The notes under the pieces were generated by a model. That model ran no database searches and was not told the DNA's origin. It saw nothing but the letters and a program-made list of their open reading frames with translations. From a bacterium (GTDB lineage: Bacteria; Patescibacteriota; WWE3; 2-01-FULL-39-13; JAACPI01): DNA of 64,000 bases. Numbering within the stretch: the stretch's first letter is position 1; each line of letters begins with the position of its first letter. Shown here piece by piece: positions 17,370 through 26,922 of this stretch. The position numbers and the translations under genes were made by a program. The DNA is taken from NCBI GenBank assembly GCA_009995545.1, contig JAACPI010000002.1:2965-66964 (forward strand). The letters run 5' to 3'.

Positions 17370-18023
17370 TTAGGAAATTTTATATCCCATACCCCTTGAA
17401 GTTTTTATTATCTCCTTGCCTATTTTTTTTCTAAGATAACCAATATAAACATCTACTACATTAGTTTCGATATCTATATCAGTTTCCCAAACATGGTTTA
17501 ATATTTCAGTTTTAGAAATTATTTTTCCTTTATTTAAAGCTAAATACTCTAAAAGTGCGTATTCTTTGCTAGATAAATCTACTTCTTTTTCTTTCACTTT
17601 TACCAACTTTTTATCCATATCTAGGTAAAAATCGTTCGAATTAATTATATTAGTAGAATTATTAGAGGTTCTTCTAATTAAAGCTTTTAACCTAGCAAAA
17701 AGTTCTGCGGTGCTAAAAGGTTTAATTAAATAATCGTCGGCACCCACACTTAAACCATTAACTCTATCATCTATTGAGTCTCTAGCCGTTAACATTAATA
17801 TAGGAGTTTTAAAACCGTCTTCTCTAATTTGGGTACAAAATTCAAAACCATTACCATCAGGAAGATTAATATCGAGAATAATAATTGAGTATTCGTTATC
17901 GTAAAATTTAGCCAATGCAGCTTTTATGCTCAATGCGGGGTCTACAACGTAAGACTCTCTTTCTAAAGCAGTTTTTAGGTTTTTAGACAACTTAAGGTCA
18001 TCTTCAACTAAAAGTATTTTCAT
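17370..18023 (-). CDS. OmpR-family response regulator
   Basis: MKILLVEDD, IILDINLPDGNG, LTARD, winged-helix tail GMGYKI. Confidence 0.9.
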   Translation of the reverse strand: MKILLVEDDLKLSKNLKTALERESYVVDPALSIKAALAKFYDNEYSIIILDINLPDGNGFEFCTQIREDGFKTPILMLTARDSIDDRVNGLSVGADDYLIKPFSTAELFARLKALIRRTSNNSTNIINSNDFYLDMDKKLVKVKEKEVDLSSKEYALLEYLALNKGKIISKTEILNHVWETDIDIETNVVDVYIGYLRKKIGKEIIKTSRGMGYKIS

Positions 18024-18091
18024 ATAGCTATTATAGTTAAAAACTTAAGAAGAAGCTAAGACAGAGGGGTTGAAAAATTATAAGAAAATAA

Positions 18092-18856
18092 TTATTTTTT
18101 TGTGTAAGTAAAAAAAGTATCTTTTTCTTTAAAACCTAATTTTAAATAATTGTTATAACTAGCACCTTCTTTTTGTACAATAGCAAAAACATTTTTTACT
18201 CCATGATCAAAAGCTAGGTTACACCGATATTTTACCAAAGTATCAAAATAACCTTTTCTTCTGTGTGCAGGGTGTGTTGCCGCATTATGCAAATAGGCTA
18301 TATTATCTTTTTTATCTACTATTAAAAAACCAAAAGCCACTGGAAGGCCATTTTTATATAACAGCAGATTATGAAAATGTTTATCAGTAATATTTTTTTT
18401 ATGATTATACTCAAAAAGTTCGGTGTACCCTTTACTATCAAAATCATCGCCAAAAACTCCGTCTGCTAAAAGTATCTGATCTTTAATATTAGAGTCATTT
18501 AGTTCCTGTATTTCTGCGTCGGGGACAATAAACTTCTTTGTTAATTTTAAACCCAGGTAAAAGTCACTATCAGACTCTGTATAACCCTTTGAGTGTAAAT
18601 AACTTTGATACTCTGTTTGCTGACTTTGATTAATATAAAAACAGTTTTGCCTGTTTAGCATTTTTTCTGTCTTTAAAAGCTTATTTAAGGAATACTCATC
18701 TAAATTTTCGGGAGAGCAATTAGGAACAATCCAATTCCACCAAGGTTCTTTAAAGTACGATGTGTAGTAAGTAAATGTAGGGTATTTTTTTGTTTCTTTA
18801 AACAAAATACCGGTAAATAACTTTTCAGCTTTTTCAAAAATTAAATGTGAGGGCAT
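18092..18856 (-). CDS. GNAT-fold N-acetyltransferase-like protein
   Basis: C-terminal AHRRKGYFDTLV ... LGFKE resembles GNAT motif A/B; N-terminal half unassigned. Confidence 0.4.
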   Translation of the reverse strand: MPSHLIFEKAEKLFTGILFKETKKYPTFTYYTSYFKEPWWNWIVPNCSPENLDEYSLNKLLKTEKMLNRQNCFYINQSQQTEYQSYLHSKGYTESDSDFYLGLKLTKKFIVPDAEIQELNDSNIKDQILLADGVFGDDFDSKGYTELFEYNHKKNITDKHFHNLLLYKNGLPVAFGFLIVDKKDNIAYLHNAATHPAHRRKGYFDTLVKYRCNLAFDHGVKNVFAIVQKEGASYNNYLKLGFKEKDTFFTYTKK

Positions 18857-18903
18857 ATAATATTATTATACAGAAAACGAAATAAAGAGGACTATAGTTA
18901 AAT

Positions 18904-19401
18904 TCACAGACTAAACTCCACTAAAACAGGTCTTACAGATTCTTTTTGACCTTCAAAATTTAGGTATTCCTCAATATCCGAAATAGGCACCCATTTTGCT
19001 ACTTTTATTTTTTCCTCTTCATTAGGTTTTATATTGTCTCTATCCCCTAGGTATTTAAGAACAAACTGATGGTTTTTTTGACCTCTGTAGGAAGAACCTT
19101 TTTTTTCAATATTGGTGCTGACTGTATTGTCATCCCACTCGTAGTCTAAAGTTTTAGTACTTTTACCAACCAATTTATAAAGTTGTTCTTTGGTGTAGAT
19201 TTCTTCTTCTAATTCTCTAAACAAAGCCTGTAATAAATCTTCCCCTTCTTCAACCCCACCTCCAGGAAATGTCCATAAGTGATCTGGGTAAGTAGTTTTT
19301 TGAACCAATAAAATATTTCCCAAACCGTCTATAATATAAGCAACTACACCGTTTCGATATCGTAATTCTTCCCTGTTGAATTTTTGCACTGATTTTTCCA
19401 T
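18904..19401 (-). CDS. NUDIX hydrolase
   Basis: Nudix box GGGVEEGEDLLQALFRELEEEI. Confidence 0.8.
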   Translation of the reverse strand: MEKSVQKFNREELRYRNGVVAYIIDGLGNILLVQKTTYPDHLWTFPGGGVEEGEDLLQALFRELEEEIYTKEQLYKLVGKSTKTLDYEWDDNTVSTNIEKKGSSYRGQKNHQFVLKYLGDRDNIKPNEEEKIKVAKWVPISDIEEYLNFEGQKESVRPVLVEFSL

Positions 19402-19572
19402 TTAGGTAAATTAACTCTTAATAGTAATGCTATTATAGACATATCAAAACATAGTAACCAGTAAGTTAGACCTGCAAACTTATTGATATAATATAAGTAA
19501 CTTTTAAAACATAATGACCGCTTTTTTTAGAGCGGCCATTTTGTTTTGAGTTAGCTATGTTCAACAAATACT

Positions 19573-20601
19573 ATGAAATTTATAGCTTACACAGTTAAAG
19601 GTTTAGAGCAAATTGCCGCGGGCGAAATAGAAAATAATATAATTAATTCCAAAATAGAGGAGTTGGGTGATAAATTTGTGGTTTTTAATGCAGATATACA
19701 TGACATAAATTTAGATAAACTTAAAACTATAGATGATATTGGAATTGTAATACTGCAGTTAAAAAAACCTAAAAAACTTATTGCACAAGATTTAGTAGAA
19801 GAAGTAATCAATTTAAATTTAACAGAAACTACAGCTCAAATTCAAAACTTTAGAAATTTGGACAATACCTTTTCAATTACTTTAAGTATAAGTAGTTTAA
19901 GAATTAAAAAATTAGATCTACAAAATAACTTAGCAACATTAATAACAAAAAAATATAGTTGGGAGTATACCCCATTAAATCACTCAAATTTTGATATTCG
20001 GTTATTTTTAAACCGAAAAATAGGCTTTGTTTCAGTTAAATTAGCAAGAGAATCTTTACACAAAAGAAAATACAAAGAATATAGCTCAATGGGGTCGCTA
20101 AAACCTACTGTTGCAGCAGCAATGATTTTTTTACTAACCGACAAAAGAGAAGAAAATGTAGTGGATAACTTTTGCGGAAGCGGAACTATTTTGGCAGAAG
20201 CTTTTAACTTAGGTTTAAATATTTATGGAGGAGATATAGAACTCCTAAATGTTTTAAACACAAATAAAAATTTAACCAACCTAAGTTTTAAAAACTCTAA
20301 AAATATTAAACAGTTAGATGCTACAAAAACTAACTGGCCCAGTAATTACTTTGATTTAGTCGCATCAAATTTACCTTGGGACAAGCAAGTGGGTGTAGAG
20401 AGCATTACCAATTTATATATAGATAGCTTAAAGGAATATCAACGAATTTTAAAACCCAATGCAAGTCTGTGCCTGTTGGTTCACAAACCACAAATACTAA
20501 TAAAATATGCCAAAAAATACTTCCCTAATCATAAAATACAAAGCACTAAAATAAGCTTTACAGGCCAAAGTCCTACAATTGTTTTAATAAAGTCCTTTTA
20601 A
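19573..20601 (+). CDS. THUMP-domain class I SAM-dependent RNA methyltransferase (UPF0020/Trm14/RlmL-like)
   Basis: DNFCGSGTILAEA (motif I), NLPWD (motif IV, N-methylase type), N-terminal THUMP-like region. Confidence 0.6.
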   Translation: MKFIAYTVKGLEQIAAGEIENNIINSKIEELGDKFVVFNADIHDINLDKLKTIDDIGIVILQLKKPKKLIAQDLVEEVINLNLTETTAQIQNFRNLDNTFSITLSISSLRIKKLDLQNNLATLITKKYSWEYTPLNHSNFDIRLFLNRKIGFVSVKLARESLHKRKYKEYSSMGSLKPTVAAAMIFLLTDKREENVVDNFCGSGTILAEAFNLGLNIYGGDIELLNVLNTNKNLTNLSFKNSKNIKQLDATKTNWPSNYFDLVASNLPWDKQVGVESITNLYIDSLKEYQRILKPNASLCLLVHKPQILIKYAKKYFPNHKIQSTKISFTGQSPTIVLIKSF

Positions 20602-20645
20602 AACAGGGCAGGTGCTAAATTTAAGTAGTGTAAACTTAGTAGATA

Positions 20646-21107
20646 CTACGGGTTTTTAATCTTAACCTTATCAATATTTTCAACACAGAGCCAAGCAGCA
20701 GAACTACCAAACCCAGTTTTATTTATATTAAAAGGTTCAACCTTTTTTACCTTTTCTAAAAAAATTAAAATACAGTATTTTTTATTACTCTGCTTTTTAC
20801 CCCAGGCTAAAAATTCTTTTGAGAGTGTATCGGGTGCTATCTGCCTTCCATAATTTTTAATTATTTGAACGATTACGTTTTCATTCAAGCTGGAATACTG
20901 CGAAACACTTTTAACTTTTGATTTTGCAGTAATAGCACACCCAGATTCTTTAAAATAAACCGTGTCTCCCTTAAAAATTTTACCCCAGGGTGCCACTTTA
21001 TTTACATACCAACGAGATTCAATGGTTTTATTGCCTGCCAATATATTACCTAGTAGATCATCACCTTTTTTGATATTAGATTTTCTAAGAATAGCTACGT
21101 GATCCAT
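20646..21107 (-). CDS. ASCH/PUA-like domain protein (tentative)
   Basis: N-terminal AILRKSNIKKGDDLL...NKTIESRW resembles ASCH beta-barrel signature. Confidence 0.35.
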   Translation of the reverse strand: MDHVAILRKSNIKKGDDLLGNILAGNKTIESRWYVNKVAPWGKIFKGDTVYFKESGCAITAKSKVKSVSQYSSLNENVIVQIIKNYGRQIAPDTLSKEFLAWGKKQSNKKYCILIFLEKVKKVEPFNINKTGFGSSAAWLCVENIDKVKIKNP

Positions 21108-21131
21108 GTTTAATTTAGAGACGAATGAATA

Positions 21132-21710
21132 TTAACTTGTGAGAATAAATCTTAATAAAACACCTACTGATCTGTCTTCCTTAACTTTACCGGAAAGTAA
21201 AATTTCTTTTGCATCTTTAAAAGTATACCAACCTACTTCAATGTTCTCCCCGTGTTCTAATTTTTGAATTTCATTTTTAGAAAAGTCCTTAACAACAAAA
21301 TAATATAAATCCCACTCTACTGTCGCCCCACACCTACTAGTGTGAAAATGCTTTAAAGATTTAACCACAATACCAACTTCCTCTGAGGCTTCTTTTATAG
21401 CAGCTTCCTCTGCTTGTTTTAAAATATCCCTCTTGATCGATAAAAAATTATTATAGTCCGTAAGTTTGTCAAAAACCTTGCCTCCAGGTAATCTAAAATC
21501 CCAATCTTTTAATTCAATTCTCCACTCTTTAGATAATAAAATCTTATTATCTGGGGATATAATGATTAACCTTACACCGGGGGCCCTACGTGCCTTTTCA
21601 AAGGTAACTACTTTAGAACCGATTTGCATATCTTGCTGCACAAGTTCAAGTATGTTTCCCCGAGATACTATCTTTTCTTCTCCCTTGGGAGTAGGTATGT
21701 TAGTTTTCAT
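21132..21710 (-). CDS. NUDIX-like hydrolase (divergent Nudix box)
   Basis: LPGGKVF ... AAIKEASEEVGI; track ORF start (21767) overlaps tRNA-Pro, so start moved to internal Met (MKTNIP). Confidence 0.55.
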   Translation of the reverse strand: MKTNIPTPKGEEKIVSRGNILELVQQDMQIGSKVVTFEKARRAPGVRLIIISPDNKILLSKEWRIELKDWDFRLPGGKVFDKLTDYNNFLSIKRDILKQAEEAAIKEASEEVGIVVKSLKHFHTSRCGATVEWDLYYFVVKDFSKNEIQKLEHGENIEVGWYTFKDAKEILLSGKVKEDRSVGVLLRFILTS

Positions 21711-21722
21711 AATGTGTAACTT

Positions 21723-21799
21723 TGGTCGGGGTGACAGGACTTGAACCTGCGACCTCTCGCACCCCATGCGAACGCGCTAGCCAACTGCGCTACACCCCG
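21723..21799 (-). tRNA. tRNA-Pro (anticodon GGG), CCA encoded
   Basis: Manual fold: acceptor CGGGGUG/CACCCCG, D-stem GCGC, anticodon stem UUCGC/GCGAG with loop AUGGGGU, T-arm GCAGG-UUCAAGU-CCUGU, ACCA 3' end. Confidence 0.85.
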
Positions 21800-21902
21800 A
21801 TAAACTACTTATAAAGATACTAAATAAGCAAAAGAAAGTATAGCTACAGTCTTCTTTTGCACTCTGATATACTAAATTTAATACTCAAATTTTATTTATA
21901 CT

Positions 21903-22118
21903 ATGGATCCGGAGTTAAGAGCCCGACTAGATGCACAAGATCAAGCTATAGCAGCAATTTACGCCTCTGCAGAAAAATCACGAAAATATTTCTTATGGAC
22001 ACTAATTATTACAATCGTGACTATAGTCTTGCCAATTATTGGAATGTTGTTTGCAATACCCATGTTAATGAACGCCTATAGCTCAGCTCTTGGGGGTGCG
22101 GGAATGCTAGGTCTCTAA
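21903..22118 (+). CDS. small hypothetical membrane protein
   Basis: 71-aa ORF with one long TM segment; weak. Confidence 0.3.
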   Translation: MDPELRARLDAQDQAIAAIYASAEKSRKYFLWTLIITIVTIVLPIIGMLFAIPMLMNAYSSALGGAGMLGL

Positions 22119-22763
22119 TAATAGATTTTCTATTTGATCGTAACTAAAACCCCTAGAAACCAAATATCTAGTTATACTGCTTTTTCTTTTATACTCATTT
22201 TCTATTTTTGCGCATTTTTTAGTAGCTTTTAAATATTCTTTATTTAAAGCTTTCGAAAAATCTACTTGCTCTAAAGACGCTTCTGAAATCTCTTTGTTTA
22301 TACCCTTTTGATATAAATCTTGTTTAATAAACATAGGACCCTTTCCTTGGGTAACTCGTTGTTCAACTAGCCACTTTGCAAAAGCTTCATCATTTAAATA
22401 GTCGTATTTTTTTAAAAACTCTAAAGTTGAATCAATTATTTGGGAATATAATTTTGGAATATTTAAGCTAGATACTTTAAGTGATTTTGATAAACGCTTG
22501 GATAATACTTCGTTTATTTTATTAAATACTTCTTTTTCACTTCGAGGTCTAAAACCTAAGTAATTAAGGGCTTTCTCTTTTAAATACTCCTTATTCTCAT
22601 CAAGAACCACTAATTCTATTTGTTCGGGTACAAAATTAGACCCTTCAGTAAGTTTGTATTTACCTAAAACGTAATCACTAACCGAAAAGGCAAAGTCGTT
22701 ATCTAAAAATATAGAAAATCGACCTCCTTTTTTAGTAGGCTCTACTTTACTTATTAAAGGCAT
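22107..22763 (-). CDS. recX: recombination regulator RecX
   Basis: Immediately downstream of recA on same strand; repeated helical L..KG(I/F) motifs typical of RecX. Confidence 0.6.
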   Translation of the reverse strand: MPLISKVEPTKKGGRFSIFLDNDFAFSVSDYVLGKYKLTEGSNFVPEQIELVVLDENKEYLKEKALNYLGFRPRSEKEVFNKINEVLSKRLSKSLKVSSLNIPKLYSQIIDSTLEFLKKYDYLNDEAFAKWLVEQRVTQGKGPMFIKQDLYQKGINKEISEASLEQVDFSKALNKEYLKATKKCAKIENEYKRKSSITRYLVSRGFSYDQIENLLLET

Positions 22764-22769
22764 TATTTT

Positions 22770-23855
22770 TTACGAATCAGAATCTTCATGTGTACTAGAA
22801 GTTCCTATTTCTAGCATTTCATCATCTCCCTTTTTTGCTTTATTATAGATTTCTTTTTCTATTTCTTCGGCAACTTTAGGGTTTTCTTTTAAGTATATTT
22901 TTGCGGCATCCCTACCTTGTGAAATATTGTCACCTTTATAGCTGTACCAAGCACCCGCTTTTTGCAAAACTTCTAGCTCCACACCTACATCTACCAAATT
23001 ACCCATTTTACTAATCCCCTCGGCAAACATAATGTCAAACTCTGCAACCTTAAAAGGTGGCGCAACTTTATTTTTAACAACTTTAACCTTTACTCTGTTT
23101 CCTGTAATTTCGTCTCCTTCAGTAATACTCCCTGTTCTTCTTATATCCAAACGAACACTAGCGTAAAATCTTAATGCCCTACCTCCTGGAGTTGTTTCGG
23201 GATTACCAAACATAACACCAATTTTTTCCCTTATTTGATTGGTAAAAATAACAGTAGTGTTAGTTTTATTTATAGCTCCTGTAATTTTTCTAAGTGCCTG
23301 GCTCATTAACCTGGCCTGTAAACCCATATGACTATCTCCCATTTCTCCTTCGATTTCTGCTCGAGGAGTTAGAGCTGCAACAGAATCTATAACTACTAAA
23401 TCCACAGCCCCACTTCTAATTAGTTTTTCGGCAATTTCTAAACCCTGCTCACCTGTGTCTGGTTGAGAAACATATAAGTCATCTATATTTACCCCTATTG
23501 TTTTAGCATAAATGGGGTCTAAAGCATGCTCCGCATCTATAAAGGCACAGATACCACCTTTTCTTTGAGACTCGGCAACTATGTGTAAAACTAAAGTGGT
23601 TTTACCCGAGGACTCAGGACCAAAAATTTCTATAACTCTGCCTTTAGGAACACCTCCTATGCCTAAAGCTAAATCTAAAGCTATAGCTCCAGTTTTAATA
23701 ACTTCCGCATTGCTAAATCTAGGGGATTCTCCAAGTTTTATCACAGCACCAGTTCCAAATTCTTTTTCAATTAAAGATATAGCGCTTTTTAACGCAGCTG
23801 CTTTTCCGGAATTCTGTGCTTCTTTTTTGCTGTCTTCTATTGGTTTTTTAGGCAT
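22770..23855 (-). CDS. recA: recombinase RecA
   Basis: Walker [21 protein letters not shown]1/L2 loop regions; full-length conservation. Confidence 0.97.
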   Translation of the reverse strand: MPKKPIEDSKKEAQNSGKAAALKSAISLIEKEFGTGAVIKLGESPRFSNAEVIKTGAIALDLALGIGGVPKGRVIEIFGPESSGKTTLVLHIVAESQRKGGICAFIDAEHALDPIYAKTIGVNIDDLYVSQPDTGEQGLEIAEKLIRSGAVDLVVIDSVAALTPRAEIEGEMGDSHMGLQARLMSQALRKITGAINKTNTTVIFTNQIREKIGVMFGNPETTPGGRALRFYASVRLDIRRTGSITEGDEITGNRVKVKVVKNKVAPPFKVAEFDIMFAEGISKMGNLVDVGVELEVLQKAGAWYSYKGDNISQGRDAAKIYLKENPKVAEEIEKEIYNKAKKGDDEMLEIGTSSTHEDSDS

Positions 23856-24182
23856 GTTATTTTAGTAAATTTATAAATTATCGTCTGTGTTAGTTCTTAT
23901 ATTACTATAACATAAAAAACTTTTCTGTTCGTATTTTATTCGGAACACTTGTTTGCTGATTTTAAACCCAGTGTGTAGTATAATCCCCCACAGAAAGATG
24001 TTCATTATTAACTTTAAAGAGCACTAATATAAAGCAAAACAATGGAAAATATATTTACAAGAATAAGTTTCAATTATCTTAATTACTTAATCTCCAATAT
24101 ATCTTAGAAGCCAGAGGTCTAGGTACCTTTTGTCTTTTATTTAATCCAAAACTTTTCTTTACATTGGTGTGTTTTACAAACT

Positions 24183-25679
24183 ATGTTAGAAGTTTTATTA
24201 ACTTTTTTAGTAACTACAGTAGGTGTTGGTGGGAGTGTGTTTGTTTACGCTAATCGAAAACAGAAAGAGGAGTCTTCAAAAAAAGAGGTTGAGGCGGAAA
24301 ACAAAGCAAAAAAAATAGTACTAGATGCAGAAGAGAAGGCTCTTCACATTAAAAGAAAGTCCGAAGAGGATGAGATACGAGTTAAAAAAGAATTAGCTGA
24401 AAAAGAAAAAAGAGCCGAAATCGAGAAAGAGAAGGCGAATCTGGTTAAAGAAGAATACGAAAAGAAAGAAAAGCTCATTGAAGGTGAAAGAGAAAGCCTT
24501 AATCAAAGAACAAAACAGCTAGAAGAGAAAATTAATGAGCAAATAAGTAAGCTAGATGGAATTGCAGGACTAACCAAAGAAGAAGCGAAAAAGATAATAC
24601 TAGAAAATACCGAAAAATCCCTATCCCAACAAATTGGAAAAAGAATTGCAGAAGCAGAAGAAAAAGTAAAAACCGATGTTGATGACAAAGCCCGAGAACT
24701 TTTGGTAGATGCTATGCAGCACGGAGCTAACGACTACGTTGCAGAATACACTGTAAGTACCGTTCATTTACCTTCAAAAGATGTAAAAGGTAGGATTATA
24801 GGTAAAGAAGGACGAAATATAAGATCTTTTGAAGAACAAACAGGGGTAACATTAGATTTAGACGAATCCCCAGAAGCCGTTAGAATAAGCTGCTTTGACT
24901 CAGTAAGAAGAGAAATAGCGAGAGTATCTTTAGAAAGACTTATTAAAGACGGTAGAGTACACCCCGCTAGAATCGAGGAAGTTGTAGCTAAAACCAGAGA
25001 AGAAATCGATAAAATAATGTATAAAGAGGGAGAAAAGCTAAGCCATAAAGTTGGTATATACAACCTACCCCCAGATTTAATTCAAAATTTAGGCAAATAC
25101 AAATATAGGTATTCTTATGGACAGAATATGATTGAGCATACTTTAGAAGAAACCAAAATTGGTACTAAGATTGCTCATGAAATTGGAGCGGATGTAACTG
25201 TAACAAAATTAGCTTGTTTACTTCATGATATTGGTAAGATATTTACCGACAAAGAGGGTAGCCATATAGAGCTGGCCGCTGAGTATTTAGCAAAATTTGA
25301 TATACCTAAAAAAGTTATCGAAGCTGTTGAGGATCACCACAAAGACCACCCAAGATCTGTTGAAGGTATGATAGTACAAATAGCTGACACAATTAGTGGA
25401 GGTAGACCTGGTGCTAGGTATGAAGACTACGAAGTATATGCTAAAAGGATGACCGGATTAGAGGAGGCGGCATTAAGCTTTGCTGGAGTCGATAAAGCAT
25501 ATGCGATATCTGCAGGTAGAGAAGTTAGAGTTATGCTTAAAGCCGACGAGGTAGACGATGCTTCTGCAGTCAAGTTAGCCGACGATATAGCAACTAAAAT
25601 TCAAAAAGAGAATACATACCCAGGAACAGTAAAAGTAACTGTTATAAGGGAAATGAGAGCCATAGGAGTTGCAAAATAG
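24183..25679 (+). CDS. rny: ribonuclease Y
   Basis: N-terminal TM, long coiled-coil, KH domain (GRIIGKEGRNIR), HD domain (LHDIGK...HH). Confidence 0.9.
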   Translation: MLEVLLTFLVTTVGVGGSVFVYANRKQKEESSKKEVEAENKAKKIVLDAEEKALHIKRKSEEDEIRVKKELAEKEKRAEIEKEKANLVKEEYEKKEKLIEGERESLNQRTKQLEEKINEQISKLDGIAGLTKEEAKKIILENTEKSLSQQIGKRIAEAEEKVKTDVDDKARELLVDAMQHGANDYVAEYTVSTVHLPSKDVKGRIIGKEGRNIRSFEEQTGVTLDLDESPEAVRISCFDSVRREIARVSLERLIKDGRVHPARIEEVVAKTREEIDKIMYKEGEKLSHKVGIYNLPPDLIQNLGKYKYRYSYGQNMIEHTLEETKIGTKIAHEIGADVTVTKLACLLHDIGKIFTDKEGSHIELAAEYLAKFDIPKKVIEAVEDHHKDHPRSVEGMIVQIADTISGGRPGARYEDYEVYAKRMTGLEEAALSFAGVDKAYAISAGREVRVMLKADEVDDASAVKLADDIATKIQKENTYPGTVKVTVIREMRAIGVAK

Positions 25680-25699
25680 TTAGGGCTAAAGCTTAACAT

Positions 25700-26482
25700 A
25701 TGAATGTTTTATTTATTGGAGACATTGTAAGTAGTTTAGGAAGACAGGCCATTTCTGAATTACTACCTCAAGTTGTTAAAGAACAAAACATAGATATTGT
25801 TATAGCTAATTGCGAAAACACTACAGGAGGAAGAGGTATTTCGGTAAAACATTATCAGGAGCTTAAGGGTTACGGAATCCACGCTTTTACAGGAGGAGAC
25901 CACATCTATAGATATAAAGAAATCGAAGAATATATAGGAAATTTAGATATAGCTGTCCCCCTTAATGGTGATAAAAATTTACCAGGTAACCGTCAAGTAA
26001 CGGTAGACCTGGGTGAGGGGGAAAAACTTACCGTTATCTCGCTATTAGGAAATGCACTCATGAAAGCAGAAGCAACGAACCCCTTTCAGGCTATTGAAGA
26101 ATTGTTGCAGAGGAGAAATTTTGATCACCCAGTACTTGTAGATTTTCATGCCGAGGCTACAAGCGAAAAAAAGGCTATGGGATATTATCTCCAAGGAAGA
26201 GTCTCTGCTGTGGTAGGAACCCACACCCACGTACAGACATGTGACGAGGAAATTTTAGGAAACAAAACTGCATATATTACAGATGTTGGTATGACAGGAA
26301 GTATAAATTCTGTAGTAGGAGTTAAAAAAGAAATTATTATAAATCGCCTTAGTAAAGGGATTAAAGATAAGTTTGAATGGGAGAAAAATGGTAATTATGC
26401 CCTAAGCGCTGTTGTTATAAGCATTGACACAAATAAACAAATACCTAAGAATGTAGATAGAATTTATTTGACTAGTAGTTAA
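25700..26482 (+). CDS. ymdB: YmdB-family metallophosphoesterase (TIGR00282)
   Basis: MNVLFIGDIV, GGDHIY, VDFHAEATSEK, GTHTHVQT motifs; conserved rny-ymdB pairing. Confidence 0.85.
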   Translation: MNVLFIGDIVSSLGRQAISELLPQVVKEQNIDIVIANCENTTGGRGISVKHYQELKGYGIHAFTGGDHIYRYKEIEEYIGNLDIAVPLNGDKNLPGNRQVTVDLGEGEKLTVISLLGNALMKAEATNPFQAIEELLQRRNFDHPVLVDFHAEATSEKKAMGYYLQGRVSAVVGTHTHVQTCDEEILGNKTAYITDVGMTGSINSVVGVKKEIIINRLSKGIKDKFEWEKNGNYALSAVVISIDTNKQIPKNVDRIYLTSS

Positions 26483-26532
26483 AGGAAAAAGGTATTTTTT
26501 CTTTTTCTACGACAACCAAGGGGGTGATATTA

Positions 26533-26805
26533 ATGACTAAGACACATTTAATAGAAGCCGTAGCAAAAAAAGCCGGTATAACTAAAGCAGAATCTGCAAG
26601 AGTAGTAGAAGCTGTAGTTAATTCAGTAACAGAAACCCTAGCAAAAGGAGAAAAAGTTACTCTAACTGGTTTCGGTACTTTCGAAGTAAGACAAAGAGCT
26701 GCTCGTATGGGAAGAAACCCACAAACAGGTGCAACAATCCAAATCCCTGCACAGAGAACACCTGCGTTCAGATCTGGTAAATCCTTAAAAGACGCTGTTA
26801 AGTAA
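26533..26805 (+). CDS. hup: DNA-binding protein HU
   Basis: MTKTHLIEAVA...GFGTFEVRQRAARMGRNPQTG...AFRSGK; ATG at 26533 has 11-nt SD AAGGGGGTGAT; track uses upstream GTG. Confidence 0.92.
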   Translation: MTKTHLIEAVAKKAGITKAESARVVEAVVNSVTETLAKGEKVTLTGFGTFEVRQRAARMGRNPQTGATIQIPAQRTPAFRSGKSLKDAVK

Positions 26806-26829
26806 TTCTTAACTCGCACAAACATTAAA

Positions 26830-26855
26830 GGGCGTGCTACGCACGCCCTTTTTTT
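26830..26855 (+). terminator. rho-independent terminator after hup
   Basis: gggcgtgc-tac-gcacgccc stem followed by T7. Confidence 0.8.
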
Positions 26856-26922
26856 GTTAAGAAACCTCCCACCCGCCCTGTATAAACTATCTGTAATGCA
26901 TAAAATATGACAAGATTGAACT

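Noticed and set aside
19519-19549. Short hairpin accgc...agcgg followed by T-rich stretch
   Set aside because: Only a 5-bp stem, located in a divergent promoter region rather than downstream of a gene.
21857-22081. 74-aa plus-strand ORF
   Set aside because: Overlaps in another frame the slightly more plausible 21903..22118 membrane ORF; Cys/Tyr-rich junk-like translation.
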